A stretch of 64,000 nucleotides of DNA, taken from positions 1-64,000 of the IMG/VR virus record IMGVR_UViG_3300030085_004590; one strand, written 5' to 3'. The notes under the pieces are model-generated. The model worked only from the letters and a program-made list of their open reading frames with translations. It was not told where the DNA came from and ran no database searches. Positions within the stretch are counted from its first letter, which is position 1. The number at the start of each line of letters is the position of its first letter. Made by a program: the position numbers and the translations under genes. Origin of the DNA: a virus. Positions 7,745 to 17,570 of this stretch are shown in pieces.

Positions 7745-9029
7745 ACAGACCCAAGCAGCATTATCGGCACAAAATGCAAGAAACAACTCTACTCAAGTAA
7801 CCACGACTTTTAGTGGTATTGTTTTGGATGTGGTATATAATGAATCACATCCTAAAGTAACTGAAATCACAACTGAACTACCAGAAGGTGTTGATAAAAG
7901 AAGAGTAGATTATTTATACTACGCACAAATCCGAAGAAAAGATGATGTTTCAAATGCAGTAAATGATGGTCAATGGTATCCACCACATAGTTATACAGAT
8001 TTAGATTTACCAGTCAGAGGAGAAACGGTAACCTTACAAGAGGTAGAAGGAAGATTGTGTTATAAAAGAATTGCATCATTTGATTTAAACTTAGGAAACT
8101 TTGACCCCAATGCATTAATCGCTAATAATCCAGTCCTTGCCACTAAAGAAGAAAATAAAGCACAGAAGTATGCTGAAGTTGCTTCAACTGGTACACCTGT
8201 CTCATCTGTTGCAGGTTCAGATGAAGGACAAAAACAAAATGATTTTATACAACCTCAACAAATAAATCCATTGAGAGTTTTTGAAGGTGATAAGATTATA
8301 CAATCAAGATTTGGTCAATCAATAAGGTTTAGTGGACACTTTGATGGTACAGAAGATTTTTCACCAACAATTATTATCAGAAACAGACAAGGAAATCAAC
8401 AAACAAATGATTTAGATGAAAAAACACCAACAACCGAAAACTTCCAAGATGATGGTTCGATAATAGCATTAAGTAGTAATGAACAAAAATTACCATACAC
8501 TCAAGATTTTTTAGTAAGTCAAATTAATGCATTTGGTGCAGGCTACTCTACTCAAGGGGAATTTACAGAAAACACCTATCCATCAGAATTTATAGGTGAT
8601 AACTTATTAATAAAAAGTGATAGAATTATTTTATCTGCACAAACCAATGAAATGATATTTTTATCAAAAGGTAATTATGGATTTATATCTGATGGTTTAT
8701 TTTCTATCGATAATGTTGGTGCAGAAGGAAAGGGTGGTGCACTTTTAGATTTTGGTGGGGATGTGGTTGTAAAGAGTAATGGTAATGATATTAAACTACT
8801 AGGAGATGATGGTGGATTAATTTATGTTAACACATTAAATCAAGATGAACCAATTGTAAAAGGTAATACATTATTAGACCTTTTAACAGAACTTATAAAT
8901 CTAATAAACCAACAAGTATTTTCAACACCAGCAGGACCAACGGCTCTTGGACCAAATAACAGAACCGATTTTGAAGCGTTACGAGATAGGTTAGATGCTT
9001 TCTTATCTGAAAAAAACTTTACGGAGTAA
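7737..9029 (+). CDS. putative baseplate hub/spike protein (gp5/gpV-like)
   Basis: OB-like N-terminus (LP..GE.V), GD.I.Q.RFGQSIRF, beta-rich body and C-terminal PIVKG..L..LL..L...TPAGPT; lies upstream of gp25/gp6. Confidence 0.55.
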   Translation: MPRQTQAALSAQNARNNSTQVTTTFSGIVLDVVYNESHPKVTEITTELPEGVDKRRVDYLYYAQIRRKDDVSNAVNDGQWYPPHSYTDLDLPVRGETVTLQEVEGRLCYKRIASFDLNLGNFDPNALIANNPVLATKEENKAQKYAEVASTGTPVSSVAGSDEGQKQNDFIQPQQINPLRVFEGDKIIQSRFGQSIRFSGHFDGTEDFSPTIIIRNRQGNQQTNDLDEKTPTTENFQDDGSIIALSSNEQKLPYTQDFLVSQINAFGAGYSTQGEFTENTYPSEFIGDNLLIKSDRIILSAQTNEMIFLSKGNYGFISDGLFSIDNVGAEGKGGALLDFGGDVVVKSNGNDIKLLGDDGGLIYVNTLNQDEPIVKGNTLLDLLTELINLINQQVFSTPAGPTALGPNNRTDFEALRDRLDAFLSEKNFTE

Positions 9030-9032
9030 ACA

Positions 9033-10442
9033 ATGTCTTTTCAAGTATTCAAAACAAATATGAGTTTATGGATGCAATCACCAGATAAACTTGCAACTGG
9101 TAATGCAGAATCGTATGAGGATTTTGCAACAAAGTTAACTGAAGAATATGATTTAGCAGCTAAAAGTGGATTTCAAACAATCAACTTAGTAAAAATAAGT
9201 AAAGGTAATACTGAATTAATGAAATCATTAATTATTGTTGCCTGTCTTAAATCATTATCAGTACAAAGTGGTAGACATACATTTGTAGATGATATTGGAA
9301 AAGCAGTGGTAGGATATTGGACTGGTGCACAATTACAATCTGGTTTACCACCACTTATTCCTGCAATTGGTGCAATAAGAAATATTTCTACTATATATGC
9401 ATTCTGTACATCACCAGGAACTTGGAGTCCATTTGGACCAACAGACCCAACTGATGATAGTGAAACATTTTTAGATATTTTAATTAGTTCAATGCAAATT
9501 CATCTTACAACATTACAATTTATTTATTTTACATTATCAATATATCCAGGCCCTGCAGTACCACCTGCTCCTGGTATCTTACCTGCGGTGAGTTATTTCA
9601 TACCACCATCAACACCAACACCACCTAATTTAGTACAAGTGGTTCAAGAAATAATAGAAAAACAAGTAGATGATAATTCTGATAATTTAACAGAACAAGA
9701 AAAAGAACAAATTAAAGAAGAAAAGGCTCAAGCAGATAATATCATCAATGATACAACTCAAACACCACAAGGTAAACAAGTTGCTCAAGAATTTTCTAGT
9801 AGAGCAACACAAATGTTATCAGTAGGTAAACATGATTCAACACCTGTATATTTTTCAGAAGAGGAACTAAAAGTTATTGATGAATTACAAGAGGATGATT
9901 TTAAGTGTGAAGCAGGTGCAAGGATTATAGAGGCAGCAAGAAAAGATATTGGTATTTGTGAATTTAATAATAAAAACTATGGAGGATTCGGACCAGGTGA
10001 ACAAAGAAATGAATCAGGTAGAATTGATGAAATGGTTGCAAGTACTGGTTTAGATAATGAAGGACAAGTAAGAAAGACAGGTAGTGGATTCTTTTGGTGT
10101 GCAGCAGCAACAACCCAATGGTGGAAAGAAGCAGGAATTGAATTACCACCTACATTAAGAGCATTATGTAATGGTTGGTTAGCATGGTCAAAAGAAAAAG
10201 GATATTTTTCAAACATACCAAAACAAGGAGCAGCAATATTATATAGAGGAAGTAGAAAACCAGGTGCAGTTCATATTGGTGTAGTAGAAAGTATTGTACC
10301 TGGAGTGGGTGTAAATACTATTGAAGGAAACACTGGTGGAGGAGCAGCATTTGCTGATAATGGTGGTGGGTGTTATCGTAAGTTAGCAAAGTGGAGTAAG
10401 GGTAATATTATTGGTTTTGTAAACCCACCTGATTGTCTATAA
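9033..10442 (+). CDS. virion protein with C-terminal CHAP/NlpC-P60-type amidase domain
   Basis: FWCAAA, HIGVV, TIEGN and IIGF give the Cys/His catalytic pattern of CHAP domains. Confidence 0.75.
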   Translation: MSFQVFKTNMSLWMQSPDKLATGNAESYEDFATKLTEEYDLAAKSGFQTINLVKISKGNTELMKSLIIVACLKSLSVQSGRHTFVDDIGKAVVGYWTGAQLQSGLPPLIPAIGAIRNISTIYAFCTSPGTWSPFGPTDPTDDSETFLDILISSMQIHLTTLQFIYFTLSIYPGPAVPPAPGILPAVSYFIPPSTPTPPNLVQVVQEIIEKQVDDNSDNLTEQEKEQIKEEKAQADNIINDTTQTPQGKQVAQEFSSRATQMLSVGKHDSTPVYFSEEELKVIDELQEDDFKCEAGARIIEAARKDIGICEFNNKNYGGFGPGEQRNESGRIDEMVASTGLDNEGQVRKTGSGFFWCAAATTQWWKEAGIELPPTLRALCNGWLAWSKEKGYFSNIPKQGAAILYRGSRKPGAVHIGVVESIVPGVGVNTIEGNTGGGAAFADNGGGCYRKLAKWSKGNIIGFVNPPDCL

Positions 10443-10493
10443 CCATAAAATAGATAATAATATATTTATATTAGTAAGGAAAATTAAACAATT

Positions 10494-11048
10494 ATGAATT
10501 CAAAACAATTAGTTAAAGTAATTAAAACATTAGTAGAAGCAGAAGTGGCAAAGAAACACGAACAGTTTCTTACCAAAACTTTTCCTAAAATATTAAAGGA
10601 ATTGAATTCTACTAAAACACAAACTACTGAAGTTGTTGAAGCAACAAACGAGGTAGACCCTTTCGTACAAGCAGAACTTGCTTTACAAGAAGAGAGAACA
10701 CAGCCTAAAAAACAATTCACTAAGAATGAAGCGATTAATGAGGCTTTAAATAATACAACACCATTTACATCTGCCCAAAGAAAGGGTGGAGTTGAACAAA
10801 CATCGGTATTAGATAAATTTCAACAACAACCTGTAAATGAGAACATGAATAAAACAGTTACATTTAACCAACAAGGTGCTGGTGCAGGATTACAAGGTAT
10901 GAGAGCAAGTATGGCAGCACAAATGGGATATGGTGATATAAAGACAGGACCAAGTAAAACTGGTCTTGGAGTACAGACAGGATTACCTGGTTTAGATAGA
11001 ATTTTAAACAGAGATAATTCTGCATTAGTTAAAAAATTTAAAAGATAA
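10494..11048 (+). CDS. hypothetical (probable virion) protein
   Basis: Preceded by ATATTTATA; several I/L/V-x-E motifs. Confidence 0.7.
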   Translation: MNSKQLVKVIKTLVEAEVAKKHEQFLTKTFPKILKELNSTKTQTTEVVEATNEVDPFVQAELALQEERTQPKKQFTKNEAINEALNNTTPFTSAQRKGGVEQTSVLDKFQQQPVNENMNKTVTFNQQGAGAGLQGMRASMAAQMGYGDIKTGPSKTGLGVQTGLPGLDRILNRDNSALVKKFKR

Positions 11049-11062
11049 GATAGGAGAAGATT

Positions 11063-11494
11063 GTGGCGTATATTCTTGATAAAAAAGTAGTAACTGATAC
11101 TGAAGAATTTTCTAATCAGGCATATGGTATTACTTTACCCGTTCAACGAGGGAACAATGGTTTCTTTGCATCGGCGTTTACATCCTTTGAACAAGCAAAA
11201 AGTAATTTAAAAAATTTACTTTTAACAAGAAAAGGAGAAAGAATATTTCAACCAAACTTTGGTTCTGGTATACACGAACTTTTGTTTGAACAAGCTACAG
11301 ATGACCTTGAAGGAAGATTACAAGAAAATATAACAGATAGTGTAAACTTTTGGTTACCATATATAAACATAGATACCATCGAAGTAAATATGACAGATGA
11401 GATGAAAGATAGATATACTGCAGAAATGAAAATACAATTTACTGTTGGTAATGTATATGAACCACAAGAAATAACATTTTTGGTTGAGGGGTAA
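11063..11494 (+). CDS. baseplate wedge protein gp25/GPW-like
   Basis: NLKNLLLTRKGER.F.PNFGS.I..LLFE. Confidence 0.9.
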   Translation: MAYILDKKVVTDTEEFSNQAYGITLPVQRGNNGFFASAFTSFEQAKSNLKNLLLTRKGERIFQPNFGSGIHELLFEQATDDLEGRLQENITDSVNFWLPYINIDTIEVNMTDEMKDRYTAEMKIQFTVGNVYEPQEITFLVEG

Positions 11495-11502
11495 AATAAG
11501 AT

Positions 11503-13527
11503 ATGGCATTAAATAGTATAAAAAGAAAACCAAACGCTGGAAGAGATATTAAGTATCTTAATAAAGATTTTGAAAACTTTAGACAAAATCTAATTCAGTA
11601 TGCAAAAACTTATTTTCCAACGAGTTATTCTGATTTCAATGAATCATCACCAGGTATGATGTTTATCGAAATGGCATCTTATATTGGAGATGTACTTTCA
11701 TATTATACAGATGATACACTTAAAGAATCGTTAATAACAACTGCAGAAGATAGAGAAAATGTAATTGCACTTGCAGAGTATCTTGGATATAAACCAAAAG
11801 TAACTTCACCTTCCATTGTAAAATTGAGTGTATATCAAACAGTACCATCAATTGGTAAAGGAACAACAGATGTTAGACCTGATGATAGATATTACTTAAG
11901 AATTAAACAAGGTATGAATGTTAGAGGAACTTCTGAAGGACAATTATTTAGAACAACTGAATTACTTGATTTCTCAGTAGAAGATGAAAGAGAAATTTCA
12001 ATTTATCAAACTGATAGTGATGGAGAACCAACACTATACTTAATTAAAAAATTCGTTAATGCAATATCTGGTGAACTAAAAAGTATTACAAAAGATTTTG
12101 GTTCAACACCACAACAATTTGCAAAAGTACCATTGATTGAAAAAAATGTAATTGATATAGTAGATGTAAGAGATGGTAATAGTAATAAGTGGTACCATGT
12201 TCCTTATCTAGCACAAGAAATGGTATTTACAGATTACGCAACTGGTGAAGCAACTGATAAGAATCTTGCACAATTTAAAGATAGTGTACCAAGTGTTCTA
12301 AAAACTCTTAAAACTACAAGAAGGTTTACCACAAAAGTAAATGCAGATAATACAACAACTCTTGTATTTGGTGCAGGTAACTCTACCTCATCTGATGAAC
12401 AATTAGTACCATCATTTAAAAATGTTGGATTAGGATTAAAATCATCAGTAGATAAACTAGGTGCATCTTTTGACCCAGCAAACTTTTTAAAAACAACTTC
12501 TTATGGACAAGCACCAACTGGTACTTTTACAATTGATTACATTGTAGGTGGTGGTGTAGAATCAAATATAGGTGTTGGTGAATTAGTACAAATTGATAAA
12601 ATTGAATTTGAAGATGATAGAGAAACATTCAACACAGCAGCAGAAAGAAGAATATTACAACAATCTAAAAACTCAGTAGCATGTGATAACGAACAACCAG
12701 GTACTGGTGGTAAAGGTGCAGATACAACAGATGAGATAAGACAAAATGCACTTGCTAATTTCGGTTCACAGAATAGAGCGGTAACAAGAAAAGATTATCA
12801 AGTAAGAGCATTATCACTACCAGCAAAATATGGTGGTGTTGCAAAAGCATTTTGTGCACCTGATGGAGAGTTAGATAATAATTCACCTTCATCAATTTTA
12901 ACTGATAAAGATTCATTAGAAGAATTTGTTGGTTTAGTTCAAGAATTAGCAAACGAAAAAACATCAGAGAAAGAAATTAAAGATAAAGTTGTTAGATATT
13001 TAGGTGCTAAAAAGAAAAATGTAAACGAAAAGAATAATCCATTTGCAATTAACTTGTACATATTGGGTTATAATTCAGATAAAAAACTTTCAACTTTAAA
13101 TCAAGCAGTAAAAGAAAATCTAAAAACTTATTTAAGTGAATATAGATTACTTACTGATGGTGTTAACATATTAAATGGTTTTATTATTAACATTGGTGTT
13201 GATTATGAAATAAAAGTATATAGTGGGTACAATAAAAGACAAGTACTTACACGAGTTCAAGCAGAACTTGAAAACTATTTTAATATTGATAATTGGACAT
13301 TTAATATGCCAATAAACATTTCAGAAGTTGAATTATTAATAGCAGGAGTCGAGGGAGTACAATCGGTACCTAAATGTGAAATAACAAATAAGTGTTTAGG
13401 TAATTACTCACAAAACTCTTACAATATAACAGATGCAACTAAAGGTAAGATAGTTTATCCATCTTTAGACCCATCTGTATTTGAGGTGAAATTTCCAAAT
13501 AAAGATATAAGAGGGAGAGTAGTATAA
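11503..13527 (+). CDS. baseplate wedge protein gp6 / baseplate J-like
   Basis: DF..FRQ.L, ASYIGDVLSYY.D, LGYKP, GG.GADT..EIR and QNRAVT..DY. Confidence 0.9.
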   Translation: MALNSIKRKPNAGRDIKYLNKDFENFRQNLIQYAKTYFPTSYSDFNESSPGMMFIEMASYIGDVLSYYTDDTLKESLITTAEDRENVIALAEYLGYKPKVTSPSIVKLSVYQTVPSIGKGTTDVRPDDRYYLRIKQGMNVRGTSEGQLFRTTELLDFSVEDEREISIYQTDSDGEPTLYLIKKFVNAISGELKSITKDFGSTPQQFAKVPLIEKNVIDIVDVRDGNSNKWYHVPYLAQEMVFTDYATGEATDKNLAQFKDSVPSVLKTLKTTRRFTTKVNADNTTTLVFGAGNSTSSDEQLVPSFKNVGLGLKSSVDKLGASFDPANFLKTTSYGQAPTGTFTIDYIVGGGVESNIGVGELVQIDKIEFEDDRETFNTAAERRILQQSKNSVACDNEQPGTGGKGADTTDEIRQNALANFGSQNRAVTRKDYQVRALSLPAKYGGVAKAFCAPDGELDNNSPSSILTDKDSLEEFVGLVQELANEKTSEKEIKDKVVRYLGAKKKNVNEKNNPFAINLYILGYNSDKKLSTLNQAVKENLKTYLSEYRLLTDGVNILNGFIINIGVDYEIKVYSGYNKRQVLTRVQAELENYFNIDNWTFNMPINISEVELLIAGVEGVQSVPKCEITNKCLGNYSQNSYNITDATKGKIVYPSLDPSVFEVKFPNKDIRGRVV

Positions 13528-14585
13528 TGTATTATTTTGTAACAGCTTCTAAGGATGCAAGTATTTACTTACAACAACCAACTCAGAATACTGGTTTGGA
13601 TGAGATACTTGAAGTGTCAAAAGTTTACTATGGTAACCTTAAAGATACTGCTCGTTCTTTAATTAAATTTGAAACAACTCCTCTTTCATCTTCTATTGCA
13701 AGTGGTGAAGTTACCATGAGTAACGCAGAATTAATCCTAAGAGAATGTGAATCAAATGAAATCCCAAATGAATATTCAATATATGCATATCCTGTCTCAC
13801 AATCATGGGATATGGGAATAGGAACACGATTTGATGAAATATCAACTGATGGTTGTTCTTGGGAAAATAGAAAAACTTCAACAAAGTGGTTAATCGGTTC
13901 AGCATCATTAGAAAGCTCTGGTTCATTTAATGGTAAAGGTGGTATGTGGTTTACTGGTTCATATGTAACACAATCATTTAGTTATGAATCAGCAGATATA
14001 GTGATGGATGTAACTACAACAATGAATACTTGGATTAGTGGAAGTTTACCAAACGAAGGTTTTATACTAAAACATGATTCCGATAAAGAGAATGATACAA
14101 TTGATTATGGTCAACTTAAATTCTTTTCAAAAGAAACAAATACTATTTACCAACCAAAAATAAGAATTGGTTGGGATGATTCTACTTTTGTGACTGGTTC
14201 TTTAACTGCACTAACGGCAGATGATATAAATGTAACATTTAAAAGATTAAAGACTAGATACAAACTTGGAAGCAAACCTGAAATCAGAGTTTTTGCAAGA
14301 GAGAAATATCCTCTTAAAACTTACACCAACCAATATTCTTATACTGATGTTTATTATTTACCAACTTCAAGTTATTATCAAATAAAAGATGTAGTAACTG
14401 AAGAGGTAGTAGTACCATTTGGTGATTATACAAAATTATCTTGTGATTCAAATGGAAATTACTTTAAACTTAATTTAACAAATTGGGAATACAATAGAGA
14501 TTATTATATTGAAATAAAAATAGATAGAGATGGTGTAATCGAATACTTTGCAGATAAGGATTTGACTTTCACAGTAGAGAAGTAG
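13527..14585 (+). CDS. virion structural protein (beta-rich)
   Basis: Located in the baseplate operon; KDASIY...RSLIKF beta-sandwich-like N-terminus; [ST]GS motifs. Confidence 0.6.
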   Translation: MYYFVTASKDASIYLQQPTQNTGLDEILEVSKVYYGNLKDTARSLIKFETTPLSSSIASGEVTMSNAELILRECESNEIPNEYSIYAYPVSQSWDMGIGTRFDEISTDGCSWENRKTSTKWLIGSASLESSGSFNGKGGMWFTGSYVTQSFSYESADIVMDVTTTMNTWISGSLPNEGFILKHDSDKENDTIDYGQLKFFSKETNTIYQPKIRIGWDDSTFVTGSLTALTADDINVTFKRLKTRYKLGSKPEIRVFAREKYPLKTYTNQYSYTDVYYLPTSSYYQIKDVVTEEVVVPFGDYTKLSCDSNGNYFKLNLTNWEYNRDYYIEIKIDRDGVIEYFADKDLTFTVEK

Positions 14586-14586
14586 T

Positions 14587-15777
14587 ATGGCACTAACTGA
14601 TAAATTTAGAATTAATGAACTTGTATCAAAGGGTTCAAAAGCTGATAGAAGAGATTCTAAAGGAAGAATAGTTGTGCAAAGAAAAGATGGTAAAGAAGTA
14701 AGACCAACTTTGAGTAAAGAAGTAAAACCATTTGGTGAAGAGGTTATCAAAGCAAAGAACAAAGACCCAAGATTTAAATCAGAACTTAATGAAGTAGATA
14801 TTACACCAAATGAAGAACAAACTTCATTTAGTGGTGAATCAAGTGGTTATGTAGAAAAACCAAAATACAATGAAGAAGAATTAGTAAAGGCTGTTGATGT
14901 TAAGGTTGATGAACTTATAAAAGAAAAAAGACCTAAACGAGGACCGTATATTCTTAAATCGAAATACGATGATTTAAGAAAAAAATATGAAGATGCCTTA
15001 GAACAAATTGCTGATTTAAGGAGACAATTAAATGAAGCACTTGCAGAAATCCAAAGATTACAAGGTGTTATACAACAATTAGAAGTAGAAGTTGATTCAG
15101 CAAAACTACAACAGGCAGCAGCAGAGAACGAATTACAAGCTGCAAATGATAGATATACAACTTTACTTGGTGATTTCCAACAAGCAATTATAAAAGGTAC
15201 GAAAGAAGCAATTGAAAGAGTTTCGTTAGAAGCACAAGTAAGAGGTTTACAAGCACAGAAAGAAACTCTTATTAGATTAGAAGAACAAGAAGAGGCAGCA
15301 CAAGAAGAAACAGCAATAAGAGCAAACTTAAGTGGACCTGATAATTCATACGAACAAAAAGGAGATAGTGGTTACAAAGTACCTGAACCACATGATGACC
15401 CATCATTATTTGAAGATAGACAGATACACTTTAGAAGTAACAGAAAAAGTTCAGGTTGGTCTGGTATGGATTCACTTGAATTATATAACTTTAGTGAAGA
15501 AGATGAAGCAAACTGGTCAATCCAAGTTAAAGCAGGAGTGGGTGGACATGGTACTCCATGGTTAGGATTCTCACAAAGTAGTGGTACAATACCACCAAGA
15601 AGTGGAGAAACACCTGGTATGGTAGAAATTGATGCTAAGAAAATTAGAAATGTAAACTCACCTAAAGGAAGAAGAAAAGAATTTACAGATGATATTACAC
15701 TAACTATTGGTTCAGATACTTATAGTTTAAAAGGTATATTCTATCGAAAACTTAGAGATGGAGGAAATGGTAACTAA
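14587..15777 (+). CDS. coiled-coil protein with C-terminal Ig-like domain
   Basis: Long heptad region followed by a beta-rich tail (WLGFSQSSGTIPP). Confidence 0.55.
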   Translation: MALTDKFRINELVSKGSKADRRDSKGRIVVQRKDGKEVRPTLSKEVKPFGEEVIKAKNKDPRFKSELNEVDITPNEEQTSFSGESSGYVEKPKYNEEELVKAVDVKVDELIKEKRPKRGPYILKSKYDDLRKKYEDALEQIADLRRQLNEALAEIQRLQGVIQQLEVEVDSAKLQQAAAENELQAANDRYTTLLGDFQQAIIKGTKEAIERVSLEAQVRGLQAQKETLIRLEEQEEAAQEETAIRANLSGPDNSYEQKGDSGYKVPEPHDDPSLFEDRQIHFRSNRKSSGWSGMDSLELYNFSEEDEANWSIQVKAGVGGHGTPWLGFSQSSGTIPPRSGETPGMVEIDAKKIRNVNSPKGRRKEFTDDITLTIGSDTYSLKGIFYRKLRDGGNGN

Positions 15778-17570
15778 TGGCAATACAAGATTTTAAAGAA
15801 ATAGAGGAAAGAAAAGGATATCTTGTTGAAAAAGAAGATAGAAAGATATTTCAAAAAGAAATATCAAAGGCCAACTTTGGTCTTGGATGTGCCGATATGA
15901 TTGAATTTATCCTTTACGATGTAAGTGATAATCAATTACCACAAGGAGATGATGGAAAATTAGTTCGTTATATTCATCTTGATGATGCAAATATTTCAAA
16001 ATACTTTACAATATCGGATAATATAGTTACTAAAAAGAAAGGTGATGTACCAGAATTTATAGTAGATATAGAAACTCTTATTAGAGAGGCAGGATATAAT
16101 AATGGTATTTTTAAAACTCAAGTAACTCTTTTAAACAGAAGATTAGGAAATGAAGTAGGGGATACTGATAAACTTTGGATACATGAAATCTCACCATCAA
16201 GAACAGAGATTAGAGTTTTACCTATTAGAGCAAAAGAAAAGAATGAAGATTTAGAAAAAAGATATGGGGTTTTTACAAATGGTGATACTTTTAGAGATGA
16301 TGTAATTTATTACATTGAAAAATTTGTTGAAAGTATTGATTTACCAAAAATTATTTCTACATTTTTAATGTCAAAAGGAACTGAAGAAGATGGTAAAAAA
16401 TATATCAACAAAATTAAAACAGAATTTAAGATTGAAAGTTTTGATATCTTTATGTATCAGGTTGAACGAAAGTTTATCGAATCTATGCAATATTATGCAA
16501 GAAAAAGAGTTTGGAATATAAACGATGTAAATTATGGTAAACCATCTGAAGAACAAGATTGTATTGAATTATCAATTAAAAAATTACAACAAGATGCAAT
16601 CACTGCATTAATTAATTCAATCGATTTTAATTTACCAAAAAGAAATATTCAAGAAAATAGTGTTTTAACTAAAGAAGAACAAATAACTTTAGATAAGGTA
16701 AAACAAATTTTAAAATCAAGAACATCAGATAACATTTACGATAGTACAGTTATCGAATCTGAAGTACTTGGTTGTACAGACCCAAAGGCTTCAAATTATA
16801 ACGAACTAGCAACAACTAATGATGGTAGTTGTCAGTACAATGAAAGAATTGAAGTATTAGGATGTACAAATCCTAAAGCAAAAAATTATAATCCAAAGGC
16901 AACTAAAGATGATGGTAGTTGTGAATATGAAATGAATACCGAAACAACAAAATATTATGTTTGGTCTGCTAATGCATCATTTCAATACAGAGATAGTAGT
17001 GATATTTTAAAAACACAAAATGGTTTTGAATATGATAGTTTTTCAATAACTCAGATAAAAGGTTCGTTTAAAGTTTTGACTGGTGATGTAAGAAGGGTAC
17101 CAAAATTGAGACCTACCGCAGATACGAGAACATATCTTATTAAGAACGATAGACACAGACCAAGATATTTTAATGAAGATTTGGGTGGATATAGTAATAA
17201 TGTATATTTCAACGAACAAACCTCACAGAGCTTAAATGTATCATATGTTGATGCAAGTGGTACAACACAACAATCAAGTTATATGCAGCCAGGAGAAACT
17301 ACAACTATTTGTGCAAGAAAAGGAAGTGTAAGTGCACCAGATGGTGTAAGTGTAATAGAACGAGGTACTTGTGGATTGGCTGATTTTCAAACAGTTGGAA
17401 ACACAGGTCAAGGTTCACCAGGAGCAGTAGGAGGAGGTAGTTCTGGTGGAGGATTTGGAGGAGGACCAATAACTGGTCCAGGTTTTGGAGGAAATAGTTT
17501 TAATGATATACCAACACCAGGTTCATCAGAAGTAGTTCTAGGACCACAAACAACTTATAATATAAAATAA
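15777..17570 (+). CDS. virion structural protein with GCTD/GCTN repeats
   Basis: EISPSRTEIR motif; two GCT.P.A.NYN..AT.DGSC repeats; Gly-rich C-terminus. Confidence 0.6.
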   Translation: MAIQDFKEIEERKGYLVEKEDRKIFQKEISKANFGLGCADMIEFILYDVSDNQLPQGDDGKLVRYIHLDDANISKYFTISDNIVTKKKGDVPEFIVDIETLIREAGYNNGIFKTQVTLLNRRLGNEVGDTDKLWIHEISPSRTEIRVLPIRAKEKNEDLEKRYGVFTNGDTFRDDVIYYIEKFVESIDLPKIISTFLMSKGTEEDGKKYINKIKTEFKIESFDIFMYQVERKFIESMQYYARKRVWNINDVNYGKPSEEQDCIELSIKKLQQDAITALINSIDFNLPKRNIQENSVLTKEEQITLDKVKQILKSRTSDNIYDSTVIESEVLGCTDPKASNYNELATTNDGSCQYNERIEVLGCTNPKAKNYNPKATKDDGSCEYEMNTETTKYYVWSANASFQYRDSSDILKTQNGFEYDSFSITQIKGSFKVLTGDVRRVPKLRPTADTRTYLIKNDRHRPRYFNEDLGGYSNNVYFNEQTSQSLNVSYVDASGTTQQSSYMQPGETTTICARKGSVSAPDGVSVIERGTCGLADFQTVGNTGQGSPGAVGGGSSGGGFGGGPITGPGFGGNSFNDIPTPGSSEVVLGPQTTYNIK

